Positions 25,766 through 38,700 of a stretch of DNA of 64,000 nt are shown here, piece after piece. Source of the stretch: Dimorphilus gyrociliatus. Lineage: Eukaryota; Animalia; Annelida. A program made the position numbers and the translations under genes. The first letter of the stretch is position 1, and every line of letters starts with the position of its first letter. The DNA lies in the NCBI GenBank assembly GCA_904063045.1, contig CAJFCJ010000020.1, positions 860,916 to 924,915 on the forward strand. The letters are read 5' to 3'. The notes beneath the pieces were generated by a model that ran no database searches, had not been told where the DNA came from, and saw only the letters and a list, made by a program, of their open reading frames with translations.

Positions 25766-26830
25766 ATGAAAGTTTTTAATTCAATACTTGTTCTATTTCT
25801 TATTCAACAATCTTCTTTGGGTCAAGTATTTCAGGATGGAGAATGTGATACTGAAGTTAAAGATAGAATAAGAATAGGAAATGATCAAATTACACCATCT
25901 GAGTGTATGTCTGACCATACAAAACGCTTTGCATGCTATGAAGCTGGCTACGGTTGTTATAGGAGTAAAAACGAAATATCTGGATTTGTTTATAAACATG
26001 GAAATATTCTTTTTCAGGATCTAGAAGGTATAGAGGGTATATTAACAGCCCAAGATTGCGCTACCGAATGCTTGTTAAGAGCGGGCTGTTTGGCCTTTTC
26101 AATCCTTAATTTTAAGTATCTAAATATGTATTGCTTTCTGAAGACAAAATCATTTACTGCAGCAACACACTGGACTAATAAAAGTGTTAGTTATGACAGA
26201 ATTGCTTTTCCCCAACTGAGCTGTTTCAGTGGAGCGTGTTCAGCCGTCGTTTTGACGAGTAGTACAGCAATAAATCCAGTTAGTTGTCATTCACTGTGTA
26301 CTAGTACTAGTCAATGTACTCATTTCGTTCTTTACACTGAAAAATGTGAACTCTTTTCAAGTTGCCCTAATAATGTAAATGCTGTTAACAAAGTTACTTG
26401 TACAAAGTCTTCAATCCTCCTGTCCAAAGAGGACGTATATACTTATACGAGCATTCCAACGTTATACGATTCTGATGATTCATCTTGTGTCTCTCTGAAA
26501 ACTTCTCCTTTTAATTTGCGATTTCCATTTACGGAAGTAAACAATGCTCGCAACGGTCTAAGAGTTACAATAAAAGGATTAAATTTAAAGTGTTCAATAA
26601 ACGATATAAATTTTGAAAACAGTAATGTATTTGTCTATGTTCCGAGTGAAAAAGCATTTGATGCAACATTTATAGGCACATACAAAATGTGTTCACTTAC
26701 ATTATCAGCATCTTCTGAATGTACTTTTATCTGTCTTTGTGAAAATAGATATTGTGAAGGTATTTATATACGCGCCTTTAAAATTCAAGATGAAAGTAAA
26801 GTCTGCGAAACAAGTTTGAATTTTATTTGA
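25766..26830 (+). CDS. Secreted Cys-rich trefoil-like/PAN/PAN/lectin-like protein, copy 3 (354 aa)
   Basis: Signal peptide MKVFNSILVLFLIQQSSLG, and the same scaffold (ECDTEVKDRIRIG..GCYRSK..LRFPF..RYCEG..VCE). Confidence 0.88.
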   Translation: MKVFNSILVLFLIQQSSLGQVFQDGECDTEVKDRIRIGNDQITPSECMSDHTKRFACYEAGYGCYRSKNEISGFVYKHGNILFQDLEGIEGILTAQDCATECLLRAGCLAFSILNFKYLNMYCFLKTKSFTAATHWTNKSVSYDRIAFPQLSCFSGACSAVVLTSSTAINPVSCHSLCTSTSQCTHFVLYTEKCELFSSCPNNVNAVNKVTCTKSSILLSKEDVYTYTSIPTLYDSDDSSCVSLKTSPFNLRFPFTEVNNARNGLRVTIKGLNLKCSINDINFENSNVFVYVPSEKAFDATFIGTYKMCSLTLSASSECTFICLCENRYCEGIYIRAFKIQDESKVCETSLNFI

Positions 26831-28512
26831 ATAGTAATCATACACAATAAACAATGAAATTTATTGCATAAGAATATACTGTTTAATATATTAAAACTGG
26901 TTTTATTGTGAGGCAATTGCCTACAAAATTTTCAATTGTTATTTGTATTTTTCTGCTTTTCTTGTTTACAAAGTTGAATGGATTTTCATGTTCTTATTAT
27001 GTTATACAGAATTCAATAAAATGTATAGAATATTAATAATTGACAAACCAATCAACTGTCAAAAATTGGCTAATATGTATTCGGTTTATTGTATTTCTTA
27101 TTATATTTATAAATGTCCTATAATGTTGTTGGCAGATCTGTACTAAATCTGGAACATTTAGTAATGATTGAAGGAGTTTGTCTTATTAAAAAGATATTAT
27201 TTGCGGCTTTTTACTAAAAGATGGCATTTCTAAAGCTAATAACAAATATAAGTACCATTTCGTTTGAATAGTATGTTTACTAAATCATATGATATCCTTA
27301 AGACAATAGTAATATACAGTATAATATATATTATTGCGCAATTTTTAGAATGGTATACGCTGCTTTTTATCACAAACTTGTAATATATTCTAAGATTTTT
27401 CATTTCCTGGTTTAAAGACTGTAGTACCTCTATAAAGAGACGATCCAATAGGATCTCAATGAGCATGTTCAGCAAATGTGGTTGATTTAAAAAAACACAA
27501 TATTGTGTATACTGCCGAATGAAGGGAATATGATTAATTAAACATTTAAATCGTTTATTGTTTACAAGAAGAAAAAACTGGAATTCAGTATTTCTACGAA
27601 CGCTTTATGTAAAGTATAAAGAGCAGAGCATATTCTATATCTAAATCTAAAATACAGCAGAAAGAGCTTTTAAACTTAGTCTAGCAGACTAGAATCTATC
27701 AATTCATGTAATCCTTAAGATTTTAGGATTGTCAATTTTCCTTTGGGAGATAAAATCCATTTTACTCTGCAATGGATATATACGTATAAGATATGTATCA
27801 TCAGTTTATCTAATATCTCCTATACGCTCTAATAATCTTTATTTATAATGTAAGTACTCTAGATCAATAGTCTTCGATAAAGAATATCGGCAGAGAACAT
27901 AGTCATGACAAACATGTTTTCTATGTTATTTGCAAATTTTATAGGATTGTACAAAACGTACAATAGATGGCATTTCTTGTTTAGCGTTTCTAGAAAATGA
28001 AGATTGTATTGAAAGCAGGAGAGATAAAGTAGACATTAGAAAGAGAATTGTAATAACCGCCAAAAGATAGGAAAACTAATGATTTATTTATCATTATATT
28101 AAGAAATCTTTAATGATTGAGTTAATCCGAGTACATTATCTCTACATTGTGTATATGGTTTAAAAGAAAAATTTGACAAGTATCGATATACAAGCTAACA
28201 AAGGGAATGTTTATTACTCTGCACACTTAATATATTTCATTATTCATCAATAAAACTAATAAATACATAAAAAAAACACCTCATCTTGACAAACTCATTT
28301 CTTAAAATAAAATCTTTATTGATTGACTATAAAGAGGTTATTTGCTTTTTAAGTCGAAGATTTAAGACTTCTAGGAATAGATCTTCAAAACGTTGAGTGC
28401 TCATAAAATTCATTATATAGCATGTTTCTATATGTTTAATAGAATGTAGATAGATTCTGTTTAATTAATGAAGGAGAAAACAGCTTCAAGAAAGTAATTC
28501 TTCCATCAATTA

Positions 28513-29532
28513 CTAGTATATAATCTCACATATTTGAATGTTTTCTTTAGACACAAAAAACTCTATATAAAGTCCTTCACAAACTCTATTACCACATTTG
28601 CAAGAATAGACACATTCGCTTGAGTTTGATGATAACAAGTTACAATTTTTGTAGAATCCAGATAATCTTAGATCAAAGACGGGTTTAGCTGGAATATATA
28701 CCATTATATTGCTTGAGTTATCAGAATTTTGTATATTATCATCGCATATTAACGATGATCCGACAATGGAAACATTAAACGGCTTGAAAGGATTATTAAC
28801 ATTAGGAAAAGGAAAACGCACTGTAGAAGTCGTTGACTTTAAAACTGTACATGTTACATTATTTGAATCAGTTACAATATCAGAAATTTTTGTATCGTAA
28901 TAGGACAGAATTTCTGTTTTTATTGAACATGTAATGGTTTGAAATCTATTCTTCTTTAAAGTGCATTTTTTGTATAAATTACAACTATCAAGGGAAATTG
29001 AAAAGTAATTACAATTTCGATTTGATTTACAAGCTTGTTCGCACAGTGAAAAATTTTTAGAACTGTTCTCAAAGGCAGTTTCAAGGCATGTTCCCTCTTC
29101 GCATGATAAATTTTCCGAAGCGTATCTAGAAAAACTAAAGAAATTATTATGGTCTTCTCCTTTAAAAGTAAATTTTCTGCTTATATGACATACATCATCT
29201 GTAGATTTATATGAAAATCCTTTACAAGTATTATCTGTTACACAAGCTTTCCAACAATCTTCAAGGGAGTAATCGTCTCTCCTATCATCTGAAATAAAGA
29301 ATCCATGTTTGAATTGAAATCCAGGAAAAATATCGTATTTGCTTCTAAAGCAGCCATAATTTGAATCAAAACATTTAAAACTAATAGTTGAGTCGGATAT
29401 ACATTCATTAAAAGTTATTTCTCTGTCCCCTAAACGATTTCTTTCGGCTATAGGTATGTTACATTGGGAATTATCATTATTATCAGTTAAAATGATTGAA
29501 ATCTTAATAAAGAATAAGAGAACTTTAAGCAT
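28513..29532 (-). CDS. Secreted Cys-rich trefoil-like/PAN/PAN/lectin-like protein, copy 4 (inverted, 339 aa)
   Basis: Signal peptide MLKVLLFFIKISIILT, then QCNIPIAERNRLG..GCFRSK..VRFPFP..RVCEG..ICE. Confidence 0.88.
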   Translation of the reverse strand: MLKVLLFFIKISIILTDNNDNSQCNIPIAERNRLGDREITFNECISDSTISFKCFDSNYGCFRSKYDIFPGFQFKHGFFISDDRRDDYSLEDCWKACVTDNTCKGFSYKSTDDVCHISRKFTFKGEDHNNFFSFSRYASENLSCEEGTCLETAFENSSKNFSLCEQACKSNRNCNYFSISLDSCNLYKKCTLKKNRFQTITCSIKTEILSYYDTKISDIVTDSNNVTCTVLKSTTSTVRFPFPNVNNPFKPFNVSIVGSSLICDDNIQNSDNSSNIMVYIPAKPVFDLRLSGFYKNCNLLSSNSSECVYSCKCGNRVCEGLYIEFFVSKENIQICEIIY

Positions 29533-30217
29533 TTTCTCTATTATTTTTTTCTCTTCTCACTGTTATAAAGGTAAACTTCAAATAGAAGAAAAGAAAGTTA
29601 TCATCTATATTTATATCAGAAAAGATGTGCATCAACTATCGAGATTTAAACGTTTTCTAAATAAAATTCTTTTACATAGCTTACAGAACAAACAACGTAA
29701 AATAAAAATGTTTAACATTAATTAAGAGAGATATTAGACAAACAAAATGTCTAATTGGTATATATATATATATATATATATTTCTATCAATTGCGAGAGC
29801 ATACATATTCTCTTCTCGATTAATATACTCTGAACAAACCAAAAGACTTTCTTGATAGTTGTTGTCCTCTTCCTTTCGAAGGAAACGTTCAATAAAGCCT
29901 CTCTGTAACGCATAATACGCTTTTTAAATTCTTTTTAAAGAGGTTAAATATGGTATTGCAAATAAGATAAAATTAATTTAAATTAAAGGTTAATGACCTA
30001 TTTGGATTGTGTAGAAAAGGTTGTTGTTGTTTTGTTTTGTTTTTTTATCTTTTTTCTGCATTTCTGTCAGTCTCCTTTATATTGTAGATTGTTTTATTGA
30101 AATAATCAATGACAATTGATTTTAAGTGATAAAATTACGAAACTCCTTAATTGTCTCTTTTTGGAAAACCTAATAGTATAATATACTCTAGTAAAAGTCT
30201 TATATTGAATTTCACTA

Positions 30218-30869
30218 ATTACTATTAAATATTTCGATAAATTTTGTTTTCTCTAAGAGAACCGTTTTAAAGTAGCATCCGTCTGTTTGCATACATTGTT
30301 TGACTAGAATAAACATATACGGTCTAGTCATTGAATTTTTGAACTTGGCGGATGTTCTGAAGCTGCATTTGCAAGTGAGGAACAGGATGTACCGGGTTGT
30401 AAAACACTCTGTAAAAATAGATCGGATTGTAATTACTTTTCTCTAACACCATCTGGATATGAGGTTAAGGAAACATGCAGGGTGAATAGAAACACGCAAA
30501 GTATTATTTCTTGTTCTAAATCTACCGTAATTTCATCCAAATCAGATTTCTTTTTACCAAAAAAAATATAGAAATAGTAACGGGCTCTAATTTTACAAAA
30601 TTTGTATTACATAGAATGCAAAGCTCATTCGTAGTTAGATTACACTTTCCAGGAAAGAATAAGTAATTTGGTCCATTTCTAGACCTAATGAAAGGATCAT
30701 CATTTTTATTCTCAGAAAATGAATTTGAAAATAGAATTGTCTGCTTTTGAAATGAATCAACGTTTGATATAAAATTTTTAGGATCTACAAGAGTATGTAA
30801 TCTAATATAACAGGGTTCTACAGAATGTAATTTCTCTAGTAATTGTGATGATGGATTTTTTTCAGTCAG

Positions 30870-30870
<1 letters not shown>
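30218..30870 (+). pseudogene. Fifth, pseudogenised copy of the secreted PAN-domain family
   Basis: Translates as KYFDKFCFL*ENRFK, then GGCSEAAFASEEQDVPGCKTLCKNRSDCNYFSLTPSGYEVKETC..SCSKSTV, then after a frameshift FVVRLHFPG..*..MKGS..FLGSTRVCNLI*QGSTECNFSSNC. It aligns by eye with copy 2 (CNYYSLTPSGCQLKDKC), has several stops and lost cysteines, and ends at an (AT)n run. Confidence 0.85.

Positions 30871-30872
<2 letters not shown>

Positions 30873-30916
<44 letters not shown>
30873..30916. repeat. (AT)22 microsatellite at the end of the pseudogene
   Basis: Perfect dinucleotide run. Confidence 0.95.
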
Positions 30917-30920
<4 letters not shown>

Positions 30921-31238
30921 TGTATGAGAGGGAGAGAGAGAAGATAAGAAAAGAAAGAATAAAAGAAGGAGTGGATAGATAGGCAGTTGTTTCATAAGAA
31001 AAGAGTACCAATTTCTATTGAGTAGATGATTAATATAAGCATCTTTCAAGAGAAAATACTGTAATGTCACTATATGATAGGTTTATTGATCAATTTAAAA
31101 TACTGAATAGAATAATAATCACAGAATAAAAATTTACACAAGCAAAAGCATGTGTTTGAGCAAAAGTCTGATCGATTTTTATATAATATAATATATCTTT
31201 TGATCGACTCTTTTGTTCCCCTCTCAGTTGTTGATTTT

Positions 31239-34200
31239 TCATTTATTTAAACCAACATTTACAAGATCATAGAAGGCTCCTTTTTTGCTTAAAAGTTCTG
31301 AAGCACTACCAAATTCAACAACTTTACCACTATCTAATACCGCAATTTTATCGCAGTCCATAATTGTATTTAGTCGGTGGGCAATGACTAGCATTGTACA
31401 TTCTGAAAAGTTCTCTCTAAGCACTGTTTGAATTACAGCGTCAGTGTGATTATCTATATTAGCAGTTCCTTCATCAATAACAATAACATAACTCTTTTTT
31501 AATAAAGCTCTTGCTAAACATATAAGCTGTTTTTCTCCAACACTTAAATTCTTTCCAAACTCGGCAACTTTTGATTCTAATTGATCATACTTACTCAATA
31601 GTTTATCTGACATTTGAACTTTGTTTAACGACATCCATATTTCTTCATCTGTATATTCTTCAAAGGGATCTAAATTTTCTCTAAAACTTCCGGAGAATAG
31701 GAAAGGATCCTGAGGTATAGCCGATATAGCAGATCTGGCCTTTCTTAATGGTACATCTTTGAGAATGTTAACGTGATCAAAAAGAATTTCCCCCTCAGGT
31801 TGTGCTAATTGAAATAAAGCAGATAGTATAGAACTCTTTCCGGCTCCTGTTCTTCCAACTATTCCAATCTGTGTTAGAGGTAGTACATATATTTATAAAT
31901 ATACTGTATATAGTGAAGATAAACTACTATTCCGTATATTATTTATACTAATTTATGTTGATTATTTTACCTTTTGAGATGATTTTATTTTCAAATCAAC
32001 CGAATGTAAAACATAGGGAAGACTCTCTTCATATTTGTATGACAGATTATTAAAGACTAAACCACCACTTGTGGGCCAATGTGGTGGAATAATACATTTT
32101 TTTTTTTGAATAGAATCTTCCGATTGCAGTTTTGTATATTCGGATATTCTTTCGACAGATGTCATCTAACAGTAAAAAAAAATAATCTTATTGATAAAAT
32201 TAATAAATAAAATAACTTACGGCACTCTCCAAATCGCTAAGGACCCTAAAAGCAAATTGAGTTGGAGTAATAAACATATTCAAATAGGTCAAGGCTAAAG
32301 CAGCTATGGCTGGATGAATATATTTGGCAAAGTAAGCGCAGGCCAATGTGGCGAAGAAAAGAAACAAGACCAGTAATGATCCATAGGCTAATTGGATAAA
32401 TCTGTATAAGTTGAGTAATAAGAAGGCAACCTTGGTATGAGTGTCGCTGAATTCGTAAAACTTTTTCATAAAATCCTTTTGCCTTTTAAATGTTCGAATG
32501 CTCACCAACCCATGAATAGTGTTATCTACATGATCGAAAATAGGACTTCTTTCGATAGCTTCCAACCTTTTTAGTTGACTGATATACGGCGTGATTTTCA
32601 AGAAAATAAATATCATACAACCCAAAATTGCCAGGAAAGGTATTGATAATAAATAAACGCTGGATATAGCCAAACCGATAGCAAACAAAGTTGCCCCAAA
32701 CCAGGTAACACAATCATCAAGGAGAGGACCAAGAAGAGTATCAACGAAGCCTAAATCCCTAGCAAATCTATTCAATATTCTTCCTTTTGGATTAGTGTGG
32801 AAAAATCTCAAAGGTACAGTCATTATCTTCTTAAACATCCTATTATGAAAGTTTACCGAGCACAAGGCAACATTTATAAAGAAAGTTGCTTGTCTTGCAA
32901 AATCCAAAACGATAATTAAACAAACAATAGTAAATAAAGGATATAATTTAGTAATTGTATCATCCCATGTTTTACCAAGATAATGGCTAAGAATCCTATC
33001 AAACCAAATTTTAAGACTGTATACAACTATAAAAAGCATGAGAGATAAGGTAAAGAGGAAGATACTTCCGCTTCTTATATACTTAATATAAGTTTTTAAA
33101 CCAGAAAAACCTTGCTCTCTACTTTCTTCAACAATAAAATTTTCTGTAGAGCTTAATTCGACATCTTTGACATGTTTTTCCTCGTCATCATTACTTTTAA
33201 CAGACTCCCTATTAATTTCCTTCAATTTCCCATTACTCATTTCATAAAGTATATCAACTTGTTTTAAACAATCAACCTGATGACTAACCAATATAACATA
33301 TTTATCCTTAAGAAATCCTAATACACATTCCTCCATTAATTCTTTAGCGACGTGTCGATCAACTGCACTAAGAGGGTCATCTAGCAGATACAAATCCGCC
33401 TTTCTATATATGGCTCTTGCTAATGAAATTCTAGCTTTTTGACCACCGCTTAACATAAAACCTTTTTCTCCAACTAGAGTTAAATCTCCAAACGCTTGCG
33501 CTTCAATATCCTTTTTGATTGGACAACAGAAAAAGTCAGTTATTTATGTCATAATTACTTTAGTTGTCTTTTAATCTTTAAAACCAACCTTTTGAAGGGA
33601 ACAAGCTTTTAGGACTTCTCTATACCTTTTTTCATCGTATGTTTCGCCAAAAAGTATATTTTCTCTTATTGTGTCATGAAAAAGCCACGACTCCTGAGGC
33701 ATGTAGGAAATACTACTGGTGACCGAAGTCTTTCCTCTCAAGGCATTTATCTCTCCTAATATTGCTAGTAACAGTGTTGACTGTAATAAAATAAATATAA
33801 TTTATTACAAAGAGCAGTTGAGCATAAATTCATCATTTTTTATTTTATTTTACCTTTCCCGAACCAACTGCACCAGAAATTCCAATAAGTCTCTTCTTAC
33901 CAGACTGAAATTCTATATTTTGAAGAAAATTTTCGGTTTTTCCTTTTTTTCCATAATTCTATTTGATGATATTATTTCATTTCAATAATTAATGGATTTT
34001 TACGTATAAATTAGATAACGATTACCATCCATCCTGTATGTAAATTTTGTATAGATAATATATCTTTTTCGTCTAAAACTTCTGTTTTTTTCTCGCTGCC
34101 AATTCCATGATGGTCTAGCTCAGTTAACATTATCTATTTGAAAATATTTTAATTAACATTAAGACTAAATTGCTGTATTAATTAAGACGTAAAACAAACT

Positions 34201-35710
34201 TGTACTCTTTTCATAGAAGCTGTACATTCGCTAGCGAAAAAGAGAGCCTCTGGAAACATTAGAAAGCATGGAGCTTCCAGAGCCATTACTAAAGCCATTA
34301 AATGAAAAAATGAGGGTAGAGACATACTATGATGGTAAGAGAATACATATGTTATACTGGTGAGAAAGAGTGTTATTTTTGCTCCACTTAATCCAATAAC
34401 TTTGTAGAATACTCTCATCATAAATGATACAAATATCTTAAAAATTTCTTTCTTTCTTAAAGTTTGAATAACTGATATGAAATGTCTTTCCCAAACCAAC
34501 ATCTTAATTGCTTGCATACCGCTAAGAACCTCATTCATTGTATTGACTCTTTTATCAGTCTGCTTTGCTATCCTATATCGCATTGAACCTTGTCTGGACG
34601 CTAATACACACTGCAGTGATACAAGAAACAAGACTGTTCCAAAAACCGTTAATGAAGTATATATTCCATATGAAAAGCCAATTACAAAAACAATCGTTAG
34701 GGCAGTAAATGGTCCCGAAAAAAGATGTAAAACTCTTATAAAGAATTGAGGTATCTTTTCAAGGTCGTTTGAAAATAAACTAATCATATGACCAGATGAT
34801 ATATGATACAATGTTTCATAGTCCAAGGTAAGAACCTGGAACCCCCCAAGAAAAAGACATATCCTACCTTTAAAAGGTATCTTTTACAAAATTTTATCGA
34901 AAGACTGACCTTTTGATATAGTATAGATGAAAATGCGCATCTTATTCGAATACCTGTCTCTTCCATACGATAGACGCTATATCTTTGAATAACAAAAGAT
35001 ATGGCATTTAAAGGGGCTGTTGAACGAAATTATCATTTGTATGATTATTAAAAGAATATAATTATAGGTATGTTGTTGTAGCATACCAATAACGCCAGCC
35101 TTAATATACGTCAAGTAATTAGTTGTCTTTTGAATATCTGTGATCAAGCTTCTAATTAGGAAGGCAAATGAAATTACCAACACATCCTGAAATATACATA
35201 AAAAATCTTAAATATAAAATTATAACATAATTAGTTCAGTTTTCTATCAATTCATTCAATCATTTTATTAATTACTCATTCATAAAAAAATACTTACTCC
35301 TATAAATTTAAACAATAACGATACTAAAAAGTCCACTAAACAAAATCTCATGATCCCTAGCATAACTGAATATCTCAAAGTATTATCTTTTTTTCTAAGT
35401 ATTCTAAAGAAGAAGAGAATTCGATATATGATAACATCTTCTACGATTTGGTTTATATATCATATTTATATATACATACTTGTCCATCTTCTTATGTAAA
35501 TCAGCAGCGCAGTGGTCAGGTAGTTTCTCATATTTTGATATTCTTTCCATCCAATCATCCTTACCTATGACTTTGTTAACCCAACTGTTTAAATGTAAAG
35601 AAAAAAAAATAGTTAAAAATAAGATAAAGAAAATAAAAGGCTATTAGAGCAAACCAGAAGGTAAACTTGGTAAACCAGTTGGAATTGACATAAGGATGCG
35701 GAATAGACAT
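31239..35710 (-). CDS. ABCC4: ABCC4/MRP4-like short ABCC transporter (TMD1-NBD1-TMD2-NBD2); 12 coding exons; about 1209 aa
   Basis: In-phase exons 35710-35655, 35584-35480, 35403-35298, 35186-35087, 35016-34910, 34835-34200, 34133-34026, 33958-33854, 33780-33589, 33510-32221, 32165-31971, 31868-31239, all GT-AG. NBD1 has GAVGSGKS, LSGGQKAR and YLLDDPLSAVD. NBD2 has GRTGAGKSS, LSVGEKQL, IDEGTANID and IAHRL. No TMD0. Confidence 0.93.
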
Positions 35711-38700
35711 GATTAAAGCTCCAAAAATTGACTTAACTGAAAGAAACAATATATAAAAATATATTTTAAATCAAAAAATAGACTAACAAACCTATAAAGT
35801 GTAATAACGCAAAATACTAATAATTTCAGTTATGAACCGCATCCGTTCACTTCCAACATATGTTTCATTATTTTTGGGCAAAACATTGATATTTCATATT
35901 ACATGCAAACTCATGACGCGTACTTCCATCCAGATTTGTCATTTAGATAGGGGATTTTAACAATGAAAATTTTATGATGAAAACATGTGTTTAATTTCCT
36001 ATTGGTCTATAATTCTGAATTTATTATCACAACATCCGAATTAATTAATGAATATGACGTGAATAGCTAAAATTAAATTTCCTTTTCACCTCATGATCAT
36101 ACCGCAATATCTGTATCAATAGCGCCTGCATGAAATAAATTAACCCTACAACGTACAGTTACATGCAATATAAATGGACACTAAATCTTTATCAGTAAAA
36201 AATTGAATATTTTCTTTCATTACTATAATTGATGTAAAAATTATTACAAGAGGTTAAAGGTTAAATTGTAACAATTAATGAATCAGAAAAGGAAAATAGA
36301 AATAATTGGGGCGTAGTTGTTTATATTTTTCATTAAGTAAATTAGTTTCATTTAAGACTTTCTACGTATACAGTTTTAACCTTTTGATATTTTTAATCAT
36401 ATTCACCCGGCTTAGAATTATTGCTCTCCATCTAACATGTACCTACCTAGCGCTTATTATTTCCCTTAACAGAGTCTATAACTTATTAATTAAACTTCAA
36501 ATATAGACTTTTATATGTCTAATATAACAAAACCAATTAAAATGAGTAGGAAGTTGATTAACTAAAAGAGTTTATTTATTACTGTATGGTTTTTTTAAAT
36601 TATAAGAATTAAGGAACTGAATAATTTATTAAAATATTTACGATTCTAATAGTAAATTATGTTTATAGTCTTTTTTTTATTATAAAAATACAGTGTTCTC
36701 CTTTAAAAATAGACGCTTATTTACGTTTTAAATATGTAGGAAAATATAGGTTGAAAGCTATCTACCCTTTTAATTCATTCATTATCCCATCTAAATCACA
36801 TTATAAAATTTGAAATAAAAGTAACTATATGAACTGTTGACAAAGGGGATTCGTACTGCAAATAGTTTCAGCCGTCACCGTCAATCAATTGGTTGGCGAT
36901 AAATGTTTAATTTGAGTGAAATGTTCCCTCTTCTAGTGACAAAAATGACTTGATTTCTCTCTTTTTATTCTTATTATTTATAATAGAATAATAAACATTG
37001 TAAATTTATTTTCTCCTATAGGACTATTTAGTAGAGAGATCCATTATAAAATATCAAAAGAAATAGATATATATATATTAAATATACGGTATATAAAGTA
37101 TATTTTTAAACTGTATACTTTACAAATACTAAATGCACTATATATTAATTTATCATACAAGTAGTTCATTTTTAAATTATTAATTAGTATATTGTATTAA
37201 ATAAACTATCCTGATTTATCTCGACAGAGTCGTAATCAATCTTACTTTCTAAATTCACTTTTGGACCTCCCTCAGTGTATGAAAATTAGTTTTCTAATTG
37301 TCTTTTCTCCCTTGATTATTCATTTAGCAAAACGAGGACTGATAATATTAAAATATATTATATACGATATGCAGTATATACTAATTTAATATCTGATTCT
37401 CAGTAAATGGATAAAATCAAATATCGATAAAAAGTGATTAAAAGGAAAAAAAAGTATAAAAGGTCTTACAGTTACATGAACAAATACTAAACATAGGGAA
37501 ATAAAAACTATACTCTGTTTCCTGAAATGTTTAAAGGGAGCAGAGAAAATGAAGAGAATGAAAACATATTTTATTATTCAGAATATTTGGGCCTATCTTA
37601 ACTGATTTCCTAAAATTAGGCTACTACTTCTTCGTTTCATATCTAGTGATTCGTCTAGGTTATGAAAGAGCAAGAAAAAGAAATATATAATCCAATATTA
37701 TTCTCAAGAAATGATGACCAACTCCAACCGGAAGTTAGATTATTAATTTCTCTTTCTGATCTTTCCTTTATTATTTTTCTAATATTTAATATAGTTTTCT
37801 TACAACTTTTATAAACAGAATCTAAAGTTTAGATATGTTATTACTGGACATCTGAAACATGTGTACAACGATAAGAGGGTATAAACTTATTCAATTTTAT
37901 CTTATTAATGGAAAACTATCACTTAGACGAGCAACATTTTCTCTATTTTCCTTTTTCAGTCTCTATAAATCCTAGCTTATTCTTTAAAATAAAGTAGATG
38001 TAAAAATTAAAAGATAACAATGGCTTGAGATAAGATAACAATTTAAATCTGAGAAAGTATTACATTTGGTAACTTATTAATAAACTATGATGTATATTAT
38101 TTTTCAATATATATATTTATATATATATATTCTTTGTTCTTTTTTTATAAGGAAAAGCAGCAATAGTCTAGACTATAATTCTTTTATATTTAGCTCTCTC
38201 TCTCTCTCTCTCCCCTCTCTCTCCCCTCGCTCTCTCCTTCTGCCATATCAGTTTTTTACCTGATTTCCATTCTTTATACTCATCTCTTCTCGCTTACTAA
38301 AGCAAAGCTTTCAAGCTGTTAACAGAAATGTTCTTATGTAATAGCGAGTAGATTCCCTACTATTCGGCTATGTTTAGTCATAGCAGGGGATCCAACTAAC
38401 CTACTACTGTGCTAAGATTTTCAACAGTGTTTGCAGGCCCTATTTCTGTTTGCATTATATTTCCTTTTATTTTCTTTGTCAGATATTTTTCCTATTAAGC
38501 TTGATTTTTTTTAGATTAAGTCAACTTTTCTATATCTTCTGTCTTTTATGGAGATCATATCCACTTGAAAGTTTCCGGGAAGAAGGATAGAGATTATCAA
38601 ATTAATTATAAACCATATACATTCTGTGGAATATAGTTTCTACTTTGGTTTATAAATGTAGTGCGTTTGAGGTTTTTGGTTTTATTATCGCTTTAGAATT

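Noticed and set aside
30522-31070. 182-aa minus-strand ORF
   Set aside because: It runs through the (AT)n repeat and is antisense to the pseudogene.
31500-31560. ABCC NBD2 signature LSVGEKQL as an oddity
   Set aside because: Degenerate NBD2 signatures, including Glu at this position, are known within the ABCC family.
34021-34035. Apparent frameshift at an ABCC exon junction
   Set aside because: On re-reading, the exon ends TGG ATG|GTAATC in phase 0 and the gene is intact.
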